From: Octopus sinensis
Taxonomy: Eukaryota
Length of the DNA stretch: 64,000 nt
Direction: 5' to 3'
Assembly: GCF_006345805.1 (NCBI RefSeq)
Contig: NC_043003.1
Span: 84,692,001 to 84,756,000 of the forward strand
The notes under the pieces are model-generated. The model worked only from the letters and a program-made list of their open reading frames with translations, ran no database searches and was not told the origin of the DNA. Numbering within the stretch: position 1 is the stretch's first letter; every line of letters starts with the position of its first letter. Positions 26,275 to 39,044 of the stretch are shown in pieces. A program made the position numbers and the translations under genes.

Positions 26275-26450
26275 TATGCATATATACATATATTTATGTA
26301 CATACCTACATATATATGTATATATACATGCATATATGTTACAGGACAAAAAAGTCAACAAAAGGAGAAACGAGAACATAAAAAACAAAAACAAAGAAAA
26401 CGACCTTTTTTAAACAACGAATGAGACAAATAGAGAAACGACACACTTCC
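26270..26450 (-). mobile_element. Penelope-like terminal repeat fragment
   Basis: Reverse complement resembles ~31730-31920 and ~32440-32620. Confidence 0.6.
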
Positions 26451-26519
26451 TCCTTGAATGTCTTGTTGCTCACACGTTACCAACGGCTATACATCTCCCT
26501 TTCTTTCGCTTCCTTTCAA

Positions 26520-26600
26520 ATACAAACCATTTCCAGGAGGTCGATGTTCTGAGCAAGATTGAGTTTCCAGATTGGTGATACATATTCCAAGTGTGGCCGC
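26520..26600 (-). mobile_element. Short CR1-like LINE fragment
   Basis: TTTCCAGGAGGTC.ATGTTCTG..CAAGATTGAG.TTCCAGA.TGGTGAT.CATATTCCAAGTGTGGCCGCACCA is shared with ~28072-28143. Confidence 0.7.
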
Positions 26601-27689
26601 ACCACACAAAGCAAATAAGTAACAAGGATGTCCAGGTATCAATGCATTACGGCCGTTTCAAGGGGCTCCATTTAATCGATCAAGGAAAACATTACATCAA
26701 TTTGAGAGAAACCGATCTCCTCAGACGCCGACGACCATATAGATTTCCAATATAAAGGATAACCATTTTTTAGCACAATTTACATCAGTACTAGAAACCT
26801 AAGTAATAACACTGTTTCCCTTTGCTATGTTTGTGGCAGAGTATATTTAGGTAAAAATGCATATCTAAAGCCTATTATAATTTAGAGAGTAGAAGAGGAA
26901 AACAGTGGGGGTCATTAAAAAAAGAATTGTGAGATAGTTAATTTATCTTTATCATTATTTTATTTGTAAGATTTTATGTAGCATATAGTCTGCAACGCTT
27001 TAGAGTTAAATCCACTGGGAGTTGATAGTTAAGTTCCAGTTGATGGTGATAAATTAATTAATTTCAGATACTCTCCCCGACACTTATTATACTAAGACCA
27101 TATATGTAGCTTTATCTACATAAAACGATATGTCTCAGAGCTGCTAGTAAAAAAATGACTGATGGAGAAGAAGTGATAACTAGAAGAGGAAGAACGGAGG
27201 TGGCTAGTATATATTTAGATTGTCAAAAAAAAAAAGGGAATAAAGTGGAAAACAAAAGAGATCAAAATAAGCTCTAAGGGTAAGAATTAGAACCTAGGGT
27301 TACGAGGTGTATCATAAATTAGCTAAAATTTAGAAAATAATTTTCGAACAATATAAAGGGAAAAAGGATAGATAATAAAACTTAAACCTTAAAGATGGGG
27401 TACTTTAACATATAAGAGAAAGTTCATAAGGCATATAGCTAAGGTGGTCATTATAAAACTATTCCACAATTAACTTATAAATAAATTAAATCATCATTTG
27501 TGTCGGTGTATATAGTTTATATTAAATCAAAACCAGGATAATAAGGATAATTATCCTGGTTTTAATTTTTATTTACTCCTACTCTGATAATAATTTAATT
27601 TACTTACAAATTCATTGTGGAATAGTTTTATCGTGACCACCTTAGCAATATGTTTGAGTCATGATATACTTGTGTACATGCGTATGGAG

Positions 27690-28205
27690 GCGGGATATCA
27701 AGTGTAGTGTTGGCGAATTTCAGGAAGCATGGAGGTTTTGAAGGATGCAATGTCTCGGCAGCTAACAACTGATGCAAATAGTCTGTTCCATCTGAAGTAT
27801 GGAACAGACTACTTGCATCAGTTTTCGAAGTCATGAGAACTATGCTGCTTTCTGACTTAGTAGGCATGACCACATGTGTTAGACACATGGAATTCAAAAA
27901 GGTGCGCAAGGTTGTTGTTGGAACAATGGTTAATAATTTTGTTGGTGTTTACCAAGTCAGTTGCAAGACGTCGGAGTTTCAATGTATCCATTCCTAGGGA
28001 AGCAAGGCGTTCAGAATATGGTAGACGCCTGATGGATGGGATTCGCTTGGTTGCACGACTCTGAACAGTTTCCAGGAGGTCAATGTTCTGATCAAGATTG
28101 AGGTTCCAGACTGGTGATGCATATTCCAAGTGTGGCCGCACCATAGCCGAATACAGTCTTAAATAGAGTTGGAGAGCGGCTGACAAAGGTCATGCTCAAG
28201 TGATA
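27690..28205 (-). mobile_element. CR1-clade LINE 3' fragment
   Basis: ORF 27857-28186 reads LYSAMVRPHLEYASPVWN...LLETVQSRATKRIPSIRRLPYSERLASLGMDTLKLRRL. Confidence 0.9.
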
Positions 28206-28214
28206 CACCCTCGG

Positions 28215-28935
28215 ATTTTTTGACAATTTTAGAGATGTGCTTTGTCCAGCGCAAATCTTTTTGAAGACATCTCCTTCCACCTCATGCAAATTTCTTAATT
28301 TTTGTGGCAGGACATTGAAGAGCTGTGGGCCTTTGAACCCTAGAATATTGCAATTCGCGATCCTGAATTTAGATGGAGTGGATGGTACCTTTGGTACAAT
28401 ACAATGGTGGCCAGTTCTGGCATTTGTATAGCACTCAATGCCAAAGTAAGGTAATAGCTCTTCTAGGATTTTCCATATGCGTATTATTGCATATCTCTCA
28501 CGCCTTCGCTCCAGGAAGTAAAGCTGTAATTTTCTAAGCCTATCCCTGTTGCTCATCCGCTGCACTGTTTCAATCTTATTAGTGTAGTGGCGTTGGACTG
28601 CTTCAAGCACCGCTGTTAGTTTCGCACTATGTGGTGGCTATAACTTGGAGCAGTAGTCCAGGCGACTGAGAACAAAGTTTCTCCACAGGGTCAACAAAGT
28701 TCCTTGGTCTCTTAGTCTTGAAGGACCTCAATATCCATCCTGCCAGTTGTCTGCACTTGGGTTCCATCTTGCTTATGGGCATATGAAATGATGCGTCATT
28801 GCACATACTGATCTACTGATCCCCAAGTCTTTCACTGCTCGTGACTCTGGGATTGTAGTGCCTTCAGGACCTGATAATGTAGATTGTACTAAATTTTCCA
28901 GCATTAAAACTGCATGTTGTTTATTTCGCCCCTCT
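28215..28935 (-). mobile_element. CR1/L2-group LINE fragment, same family as 62935-63530
   Basis: Reads VKDLGI, GWILRSFKT..., VLSRLDYCS and LEAVQRHYT...LERRRERYAII.IWKILE. Confidence 0.88.
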
Positions 28936-28941
28936 TGTAAT

Positions 28942-28968
28942 CCCGAACAACGCTGGGTATCTCTGCTA

Positions 28969-28969
<1 letters not shown>
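28942..28969 (+). mobile_element. Orphan Helitron 3' terminus
   Basis: CCCGAACAACGCTGGG hairpin-like motif followed by CTAG|T, like the termini at 50852 and 51253. Confidence 0.5.
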
Positions 28970-29012
<43 letters not shown>

Positions 29013-30369
29013 CGTGTATATATATATATATATATATATATTTAATTTATATATACATGCATACACACACACACACACACACACACACATATTGTCGGGT
29101 AGCTGAGGCTTTGTGCTTCTGGCCAGCAAGTTTGATGACTTTCTCGTTAGTAATATGACATAACTATGAATATAATACTCAGTAACGCATTCCCATACAT
29201 ACATTCATACACACACACACACACATTCTCTCTCTCTCTCTCTCTCTCTCACATCTATTCTACTATAATGTGTGTGTATAGACAGATGGCTTGTTAAAAG
29301 CTGTCATAATTGCTTGAAAACTCTCCACTTAATTACATTAAATAAAAAAATAAGATTGGATCTCTCACTAAACATAGAAACACGTGTGTTTTATGTTTAT
29401 AATTTCAACAAACGAGTATCAAAACTGAGCAACTTTTTACACCCATCATACTGCTATTCCTTTATTTATCTATTTATTTATTTATTGTTGATTTATTTAT
29501 ATTTTTTATTAATGTAGAGTTTCTTCCATTTAATAACAATTATATTCTAACAGACTTATAAAGCTTTTCACTGAATATGTTTGAAACAGAACCTGTTGGC
29601 ATGTACTGAAGAGGAAATGCCTAGATTCTCTCATTTTGACACCTTACTTATTAAATTACCAGATGGTATTTGATTTAATGAGTCAAAAATTGTAAATTGG
29701 TTAATATTTTACACTTGATAATGAATAAAACATCAATGATTAACTTTAAGAAAGTTAGAGTAGACAGACACGAAATATTAAATAATTTTTAAAAATGATT
29801 AAATATGAAGAGTGGGTAATGCAGCGTGAACTACATGGGCCTGAATTTAACAATGAAAATATTTTTCTGGGTGTGTTTCGGGCTTATTAGATCTCTTTAG
29901 CAAAACATCAATACAGCTATAATTTGCTCACAATATTCAGGATTTAAAAAAATAACCCTTACAGAAGACCGTTGCAGGCCGAACTTCTGTGATATTACTT
30001 ACTACATCAAAGATACTTACTATGGGTGGGAGCTAGCACAAAATTAGGTGTCAATCTTTATATCGTAGATGTAATTATGTTTATTTTAGATCGTTTTTGA
30101 AGAATTGAGAAATTTGTAAACGAAAGTAGGACTGAACCCGAAACCAAATAGTTCGGAAGCCAGCTTCTTACCACGCAGCCACTCCTGCGCCTATTGTGTG
30201 TGAAAGTCAATTACATCGACCCCAGTACTTGATCGGTTCTTTATTTCATTGACCCCGAAAGAGTACTGTTATTGGTGTTGTTTCAACTGGGATAGCTCTT
30301 GCTGGTGTTGCATCAATAATTGTCACCATCGTCGCCGTCGTCGTCGTCATCATCATCATCATCATCATC

Positions 30370-30570
30370 AAGGAGGCGAGTTGGCAAAACCGTTAGCACG
30401 CCGGATAAAATGCATGGCGGCTTTTCGTCTGTCTATATGTTTTGAGTTCAAATTTCACCGAGGTCGACTTTGTTTTTCATACTTTCGGAGTTAAGTACTA
30501 AGTTCGTCGTAATCGACTAGCCCCTTCCCTTCCCTAAAATTGGAAGCCTTGTGCCTATAGGAGAAAGGAT
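30370..30570 (+). mobile_element. SINE family B
   Basis: AAGGAGGCGAGTTGGCAAAACCGTTAGCACGCCGG head and AGGTCGACTTTG core. An opposite-strand fragment lies at ~30910-31045. Confidence 0.8.
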
Positions 30571-31059
30571 TATTCTTATTATTTATGTATTTTATCTTTT
30601 GCACCTACTTAAAATAATTCATGACTATAACACATTTAGAAGTTCCCAAATGCTCAAGAACCAGCAATCAAATATTGTTCACATTCATATAACTCTTCGT
30701 AATCGTGATGCAATTTTTTTAGAAAGTTTAACCATCTTAATTTTATGAGACATGGCGATAGTGTTCTGCTCCCTTTCTAATCTGCCCGGCCCTCAGTCAG
30801 GAAAATCGTCACTTCTTATGATCAGCAGTTGGATACAAAGGAGTGAATTGTCGAGGTTAGGGAGAACCATGCTGTAAGGGAGACGTCAAGGTTTGTATCT
30901 GATCAACAACACTGGGCACAAGACCTGAAATTTGGGGGAGGGAGATATTCGATTACATCGACCCTAGTACTCAACTGGTACTTAATTTATCGACGTCGAA
31001 ATGATGAAAGGTCATGTCAAACTCGGCGGAATTTGAACTCTGAACAATGCAGAGTAGAC

Positions 31060-31356
31060 TATAATAACTGTTATAATTTAATTATTCATAATCTGGTATG
31101 ATATAATATTTCTGAATATAAAATTTCCTTCTTCAGATATCGCATTGTTGTGCCATTCAAGACATGTTATATTTCACAAACAATACACGATGCTTCAAGC
31201 GAAGTACAATATTCTCCTATCTCTACGCCTGGACAAGGTCGAGTTCGCAACCGCTAGGGAGTTACTCGATCAATTCCTAGCGATGTCTGAAGAAGGAACT
31301 TTTATATTCCGAAATATTATATCATATCAGATTATGAATAATTAAATTATAACAGT

Positions 31357-31363
<7 letters not shown>
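31060..31363. mobile_element. Penelope-like inverted terminal structure: 84 bp arms, 136 bp spacer
   Basis: 31060-31143 is the reverse complement of 31280-31363 with 4 mismatches. Each arm carries an HHR motif. Confidence 0.8.
31282..31328 (+). ncRNA. Type I hammerhead ribozyme, complete core
   Basis: GATGT-CTGAAGA-A-GGAA[CTTTTATA]TTCC-GAA-ATAT[T]ATAT-C-ATATC. Stem I has 5 bp (one G-U), stem II 4 bp, and stem III is minimal. Predicted AUC cleavage is after 31323. Confidence 0.8.
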
Positions 31364-31404
<41 letters not shown>

Positions 31405-31498
31405 TACTGTTCCGTGATGATAAGATCAACAAAAACAGTAGTCCATCTGGTGAGAGATAAATATTTAATAAACACAATATTTGTTTTTATTGTTTTTC

Positions 31499-32620
31499 CA
31501 GCGTTCACCACTTCACATCTTCTTAACTTAACAGCCCTCGCCGTTTGTTTTTACTGTTTTGTTCTTACTGTTCTGTTTTTATTACCACTTTAATCCTCTG
31601 CAGAAAATCCCAAATTTTATTTCATTTGCTTTGCGGGAAGGACTGTCTTAACGAAGTAGCGTCTGGTCCCTAACTTCGAAACGCGTAGATAAAACAGGGG
31701 ACAACTGATGAAGGGAATGTTCTTTATGTTGCCTGACTCGTTTTTCTATTTGTCTCTTTCGTTGTTTGAAAAATGTTCGTTTTCTGTTTTTTTTCTGTTC
31801 CATTTTTCTGTGCTTGCTTTTCATTTGTTTACGTTTTTTGATGTCCTGTACCCATATATGCATGTATTTATACATATATATGTAGGGATGTACATATATG
31901 TATGTATATATGCATATAATATTTATATTATTATATGATTGGACTCTATGCATCCATTTCCAAGTAAGTTTTATCTTAATAATTCCGATGCTCACTCTAT
32001 ACACTATCTCTATTCTTTCTATCGCCCTCTCTTGTTCTTCTTCCTTTCTGTTTTTCTCTCCCACCCTTTCCCTATTCTTCTCCTCTTCCCTTCACCGTCT
32101 CCTCTCTTTCTCTCTCTCTCTCTCACTCTTTCTCCTTGACTCTCTCGTTGCTCAGACGTGACCAGCGGCTATCTGTCTTTCTTTCTTCCACTTCCTTCTA
32201 GCGTTCACCACTTCACATCGTCTTGACTTAACAACCCTCACCGTTTGTTTTTACTGTTTTGTTCTTACTGTTCTGTTTTTGTTACCACTTTAACCCTCTG
32301 CAAAAAATCCAAATTTTATTTAATTTGCTTTGCGGGAAGGACTGGTTTTAACGAAGTAGCGTCTTGTACCTACCTTCGAAATGAGGAGTAGATAAAACAG
32401 GGAACAACTGATGAAGGGAATGTTCTTTATGTTGCCTGTCTCGTTTCTCTATTTGTTTCTTTCGTTGTTCGAAAAAATGTTCGTTTTCTATGTTCTTTGT
32501 TTTTTAAGTATTCGATTCTCATTTGTTTACGTTTTTTTTTTCTGATGTCCTGTACCCATATATGCATGCATATATACATATATATGTAGGTATGTACATA
32601 TATGTATGTATATATGCATA
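31499..32620 (+). mobile_element. Penelope-like direct terminal repeats (about 420 bp, 700 bp period)
   Basis: GCGTTCACCACTTCACATC starts at 31501 and 32201, and the repeats continue to the TATG/TA tract. CGAAA and CTGATGA motifs are present. Confidence 0.7.
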
Positions 32621-32635
32621 TATTGATATATTATT

Positions 32636-32676
<41 letters not shown>

Positions 32677-32689
32677 AACTTAGATAAAC

Positions 32690-33335
32690 TTAGATATGTT
32701 TCGACCAAAGATTGGTCCAGGCCATGTCTAACTTAATAGCACCACCTGATAGGATTATTTGAATCCTGTTTAAGTCAAGTTTTGTTTATGGTCCATTCAA
32801 GTAGTGAGTTTTTGTTGGGTGAGTTGTATCCAATTATGGGTGGCTTATCTGGTATTCTTTGAAGGAATCTATCCAGACTCCGTTTAAAGTTGATGGGATC
32901 CTGTTCCTCTTTGATCTCTTTCGGGACAATGTTAAATAGGGCAGGGCCTGTTGAGGAAAAGAAATTATGTTGCAGTGTACATGTATGCTGTGATCTTGAA
33001 TTGGGCAGGGGACGTATGGCCCGTGGTCCCAGTCTTGGATGAACCTTGAAGCTAATGTTCAGGTCGTTTGGGCAAAGTTGGCGGTATATTCTCCACATCG
33101 TACAAATGATGTACCGCTCACGGCGACGCTGGAGAGAGTAGAGTTTCAAGGCTTTAAGGCGATCCCAATAATCGAGAGCAGCCATGCCTTCAATTCGTTT
33201 AGTGAGTGCCCTCTGGAGTGATTCAATCCTCGAGATGTTTTGTCGTGTATGGGGAGACCACAGTGGGCAGCAGTATTCGAGGTGTGGCCGTACAAATGAG
33301 GAGAAAAGTGGTATGATGACACCTTGTTCTCTGGA
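32690..33335 (-). mobile_element. CR1-group LINE 3' end with UTR
   Basis: Reads FVRPHLEYCCPLWSP and ORF 32775-33185 (YWDRLKALKLYSLQRRRERY...FKRSLDRFLQRIPDKP). Confidence 0.9.
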
Positions 33336-34539
33336 CCGGTGTGTGTGTGTTCTTATATTCTTTTCTTTTAATTGTTTCAGTCATTTAACTGCGGTCATGC
33401 TGGAACACCGTCTTGGGGGATTTTAGTCGAGCAAATCGGCTGCAATAATGTAGTCTTCCAGTTTCATTGCTATGAAGGTATGATGTTGTGGAGAAAAAGA
33501 AAATTGGAAGAAAATGTTACAAAAGTTTAAAAATCGGAAAACTGTGTATTTTTAGCCAATAGCGCGACAGAAATTTTCTGCGTTTAGCGGAGTGGTGTCA
33601 ACTTTAAAGTTGTACCTTGTGAAATTTATAGTTTAGCATCTGTGAAATGACCTGTCCATTGTAGGTTTCTAAATAAACAGAAATACCTAATAAAATCAAC
33701 ATGTATCATCTTACTGTTCCTTTTGTATCTTCATTGATTGTATGTTTTTATTTTTTTAATTTGTTATATTAATATATTTGTCTGCATATGTTTACTTTAT
33801 GCATATTTCAGTATTATGTATACCTGCCATTTATTTATGCACATCATTGATATATAAGCGCATGTAGATGTATGTATTCATATATAAGTTTATATGTACA
33901 TTTATACATTCATGTGTGTATGTGTGTGTGTGTATGTGTGTGTGTGTGCGTTTGCGTGTGTTTGTGTGTGCGTGTGTGTGTGTGTGAAAAGGAGGCGCCT
34001 GTCTCCAAAGCTCCAAAGTTGAGTAACGTTTTCATGCTTGGATTTGTAAACTACGATAAGAATGACACTGATCAACAAAGAATTTGTCCCAAGAAAAAAG
34101 AAATGTGAAGTTAACAGTATAAGAAATATTCCTGATTTAAATGTTTATGAACAGAATTAACCTAGTGAAATCATAAATCCAGCTATCTGAGTCCCTGAGG
34201 GTTGGCAATACTGGCCATAGTGATTTAACATCCGATTCACAATGACGGTGTTTAACGCTATTGCGGCAAAGACACAGGTGATGCGAAACGCAACACAGCG
34301 TGAGGTTGTTATGGTAACAAACTGCTATTGCAACGCTGTCTGTTGATTGGCTAAAAATTATCCAAATTTCCCCAATTTAATTCCAAATGACATCAGATTC
34401 TTCAATTTACGAGATAAAGTAATTGGTTGATCGTAATCAAAATTCAGAGATGCATCGATACGCCAAAATTGAAAGCAATCTGAGGAAAATTAAAGGGGGC
34501 TCATTTTGCGAATGAGATTGACCAGATCCAGAATTTCTT

Positions 34540-34745
34540 GTAAAGCCTAGTACTTATTCTATCATCCTCTTTTGCCGAGCCACTAGGTTACGGGGACGTA
34601 AACACACGATCACCGGTTGTCAAGCGGTGACGGGGTGGGGGGACAAACACAGACACAAAGTCACACACACATAGATAGAATACGACCGCCTTCTTTCAGT
34701 TTCCGTCTACCAAATCCATTCATAAGTCCTTGGTCGGCCCGAGGC
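34540..34745 (-). mobile_element. SINE family A internal fragment
   Basis: GGGGACGTAAACAC...CTTTCAGTTTCCGTCTACCAAATCC...TTGGTCGGCCCGAGGCTATA. Confidence 0.8.
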
Positions 34746-34865
34746 TATATGTTTACTAAATATATATATGTTTGCTAAATTTTCTTGAAAACATTCCTTT
34801 GTTAGTGGTAAGACCATAGCGGATCTTCTTCTAGCATAATGGATGTCCACACTTATAGGTAATCG

Positions 34866-34930
<65 letters not shown>

Positions 34931-35004
34931 GTATGTATGTATGTATTCATGCATGTATGTATGTATGTATGTATGTATGTATGTATGTATGTATGTATGT
35001 GTGT

Positions 35005-35039
<35 letters not shown>

Positions 35040-35539
35040 GTGTTTATAGACAGAGAGAGACAGAGAGACAGATAGACAGACAGACAGGCAGGCGGACAGA
35101 CATAATTAAGCAAATATAAATGTAAAAATGTCTGTGGGATATATATGTGAATGTGTATGTGTGTGTGTGTGTGTGTGTGTATGTATTAACCTACATATTT
35201 ATTTATGTATGCGGCTATGTATGTATACATGTGTGCGTACTCGCATGTGTTTCTACTTAAAGATAAGTATTTAGATAGCAACACATAAAATACATACATC
35301 TCTTAATCAGACCGCGTGTATTTCTGTCGATTCCCAGTGAGCAAGCTTGTAGATCCATTAACCCCCACCCCTGCGTTTTCTACCCGCTCCCTCTCTTGTC
35401 AACCTATTTAGATGTCGGTCGGTGTGTCTTTTGGGAAATCGGCAGTGTGTTTGTCTTGTCTGTCTGCCTGTGTTTGTGTATGTCTGAGTACCACTGATGC
35501 TGCCAACACGTTTTCAAGCTCAGGAACGTCCACATGTGT

Positions 35540-35575
<36 letters not shown>

Positions 35576-35957
35576 CCTCTCACTCTCTCTCATGCACGCA
35601 CGCACACACACACACAAACACACACACATACACACCCACACACACAAATACGCACACTCACACACACACACGCACACACACACCTCTCTTTCTATTTGCT
35701 TCTGTCGTTAGTCTGCAGCCATGCCGGTGCAACACCTTGAAGGATTTTAATGGAACAAATCGACACCAATACTTATTTTTAAAGTCTGCTACTTTTTGTG
35801 TCGATTTCGTTTTGCCGAACCGCAAAGTTTTGGGACCGTAGACAAATCAGCAGGGGACAAACATGCACGCAAACTCACATATACATACATATAAACATAC
35901 ATACATACATACATACATATACATACATACATACATACATACATACATACATACATA

Positions 35958-36430
35958 CAATAATCCCTCGATATATCGTGGTTCACCTATCGCGCACTCA
36001 GTACATCGCAGATTTTTCTGGCTAATATATATCAATTTATCGTGGGTTCCTGCGGCCGGTATTAATTTTTTTTTTTTTTTTTGATTTTAATTATTTCTTT
36101 GGTAAAATAAGCATTTTCACGCCTAAAAATGTAAAAATTAATAAATACAAATAGAGTACAGTACTGCACTGTATAACACATTAATTAAAATATATTAAAA
36201 GAAAATACGTACTGAACCGCAGATGATAAACAAAGAATCGCACATACTGTATGGAAAACGAAACTCGGGAGGCGAGTATGTGGTATTGTTTTGCATTTAT
36301 AATAACGTAAATATATACAAATTATAAAAGTGATAAAAAATGTATACGGTACAGAACTGTTTCTACTTCGCGAATTTTCATCTATCGCGGGAAGTTTTGG
36401 AACGTAACGTAAATAGTCGAGGGATTACTG
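35958..36430. mobile_element. pogo/Tigger-type MITE
   Basis: TA|CAATAATCCCTCGA ... TCGAGGGATTACTG|TA gives a 14 bp TIR (one mismatch) with TA target duplication. Confidence 0.85.
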
Positions 36431-36439
36431 TACTTGAAT

Positions 36440-36790
36440 ACAAAGATAAGTTTTGACCATAATTGGCTCAGGTCATGATTAACTTTAATAGCACCACCAG
36501 GTAAAGATATTTGGCGATACTTCATATTACAGTCGTTCTTTAGGCATCATAGCCCATTCGAATAAATAATTATCTGCAGCGATATATCCGGTTGTAGGTG
36601 GTGTATCTGGAATGTGTTGAAGATATTCATTCAGTAACCGTTTGAATGTTATGAGATCTTTTTTTTCTCTTACGTGTTTTGGCATGATGTTAAAGAGCGC
36701 ATAGCCAGTTGAGTATGTAAGGATTTTTCGGAAAACGAAAAAATACGTTATTGGTTGGATTCTCATTGTTCTACGTGCACCCCATGAACT
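36440..36790 (-). mobile_element. CR1-group LINE 3' end, family of 32690-33335
   Basis: Reads STGYALFNIMPKHVREKKDLITFKRLLNEYLQHIPDTPP. The UTR GGTGGTGCTATTAA motif is shared with the other copy. Confidence 0.8.
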
Positions 36791-36795
36791 ATTTA

Positions 36796-38130
36796 CACTG
36801 GTCAACAGCATAAAACTTTTATTTTCCGCCATAAAATCTTAGAGTTGTTTTAGACTAATTTTGGGCTGCTGATTCCATAACTGACCTCAGATTTGTTGCG
36901 TTGATATAAACCTTTATTTACCTGGAACATGCCAAAAGTTAACTTTACACCACTATTTGCAAGAATTTTGGCTGGATTGCCATGCTAATTTTGAATATGT
37001 TCAAGCTGAGGTTTTCTTTAAAACCCCATTTCTTCTTTTCAGGTGTGAACTGAACCACTGCGTTCTAGTTATGATATAACATCAAAAAGAAGGACGTGTT
37101 ATAATGATCATGATATCTTCTGTTACGTCTGTGGAAACTCCACTACACGTCTGTGGAAACTCCACTACATTAATAACTTTGTCAAAAAGGTGTATCTTGC
37201 TTACATTAAAGTAGCACTTGGAGACCAGGACAAAACCTGGGTTTCCCACAAAGTTTGCAAAACCTGTGTTGAAAATTGGTGTGATGAAGCAATTCATCAA
37301 AGCTCTTGATCACCGTTGAAACTGATTCAGCTATGTATGTACCTTTCCAAGTCTCAGTGATGAGAAGGCAGAAATATTTGATGGCTCAAATATAAACACT
37401 TCTCAGGGATCCACGTTTTGTTACAACAATGTGTGTGACTGAGGCTAGAGCTTGGAATGCCTTCTCTGATGTGGTGCAGAATTTCCTTGAGAACAGGAAA
37501 GCGGATAACAACCAAGAGATTGTGGAGGAGCTGCTCTTGAGTTTGCTAACACTCGGATGCAGAATGAGCATTAAAATGCACTACTTACACAGTCACTTGG
37601 GCGAGTTTTTTGAGAACGTGGGTGATGTTAGCGAAGAACAAGGTGAACGCTTCCATCAAGACGTAAAAGTAGGGACTCAAACATGATGGTAGATTACTGC
37701 TGGAGCTTGATGAGAGGCATTCCAGAGGCCGTATGCAAGAGGTCGTCAAAGAACAAAAAAAAAAAGGTAAGTTCTTGCAGTGATAACATGATCAGAATGA
37801 ATGACCAAAATGAATAAAGATTTTGTATTCATATTTTGTTATCACCAAGCTTAATTCTTACATGCTAAGGTGCATTTACTCCTACAACTTTGTGTTCTGA
37901 TTTATTACATTAAAAAAAAATACATATTGTCTATCAAAAATTGTATCTACGTATGTTTAATTCTTCCTTTATGAGCATTAAATAGCTGTTTCTAGCGAAA
38001 TTGAAAAATTTTTATGCCTCAAAAATCTGATGTGAAAAATAAAATCTGATGCCAGATTTGAATTCAGCACCCCAAAATTAGTTAAAGACTATTTATAAAC
38101 ATTGTGCCAGAAAATATGTGTTGACCAGTG
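36796..38130 (+). mobile_element. Internally deleted Chapaev3 (CMC) DNA transposon
   Basis: 12 bp TIR CACTGGTCAACA with a 3 bp TSD TTA on both sides. Transposase pieces are FVKKVYLAY...LGDQDKTWVSHKVCKTC and AWNAFSDVVQNFL...GCRMSIKMHYLHSHL...VSEEQGERFHQD. Confidence 0.88.
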
Positions 38131-38871
38131 TTATCTGTTTCGCAAGAATCAGAATGCATCAGCAAATAATTTGATAAATCTCATAAACAAGAGATTGTGT
38201 TCTTGTTAGATTCAACAGTCGGGTGGAGTTGCTTTGGTTGAGGAGGCAAAACAATAAGGTGGGAACAATGCAGTGTTTCAAAGTCCTCTTACGCCGATGA
38301 GTTGCATATGTTATGAACATATAACCTCTAAAGAGAAGGGGTATTCTCCCATAAAGAAAACGAACAGCGATTAGGTATACCCGTTCAAATCTACCAGAAA
38401 CATTTTAAAATGGATACGTTATTGTCTAGATTTTTGTTCTTCTGCATATACTTCATGAATTATTATCTAAAGGAAGCAAATGAAAAAGACAATAAAAAAA
38501 TTGCAAAGATAGGTAAACCACCTGTGAAAAGGAAACGCTCTCTGCTGAAGAATTTATCTTATGTGAAATGAAATCTCCTCTCCTTATAAAACGAAGTTTA
38601 CAGCCTTTGCAAGTTCCCTCCAACCCTCCCAAATGATCTTGTAGAATACTTGTCTGAAATACTTTCCATAAGTAATGCGGGTCAGAGATGAGATAGAATT
38701 GCACATCATAAAAAGGACCAATTGACAGCATAAATTTAGGATAGAAATTATGAGGTGTTATAAGTAAATGATCAAAATGTGAACTCTCTCTTGACCAGTG
38801 TAAAACCAAAAGCTTCTCATGGAAAATTCTGAAATTCTCTCTCTCTCTCTCTCCCCTGTCTCTCTCTCTCC

Positions 38872-38973
<102 letters not shown>

Positions 38974-39044
38974 CTATTTCTCTCTCTCCACACACACACA
39001 CACACGCATGCACACATGCTCATGTATATATATGTCAACAGCAG

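Noticed and set aside
27070-27400. IYLD.QK-like reverse transcriptase remnant on the plus strand
   Set aside because: It is a single short motif in AT-rich sequence, which is insufficient.
34305-34318. RFX X-box-like GTTGTTATGGTAAC with a nearby reverse CCAAT
   Set aside because: The match is imperfect and lies in a probable decayed transposon (CACTGATCAACA end-like motif at ~34066); no gene is nearby.
38453-38809. 118 aa ORF and a lone TTGACCAGTG Chapaev-like end at ~38790
   Set aside because: The ORF has no recognisable domain and no matching left terminus was found.
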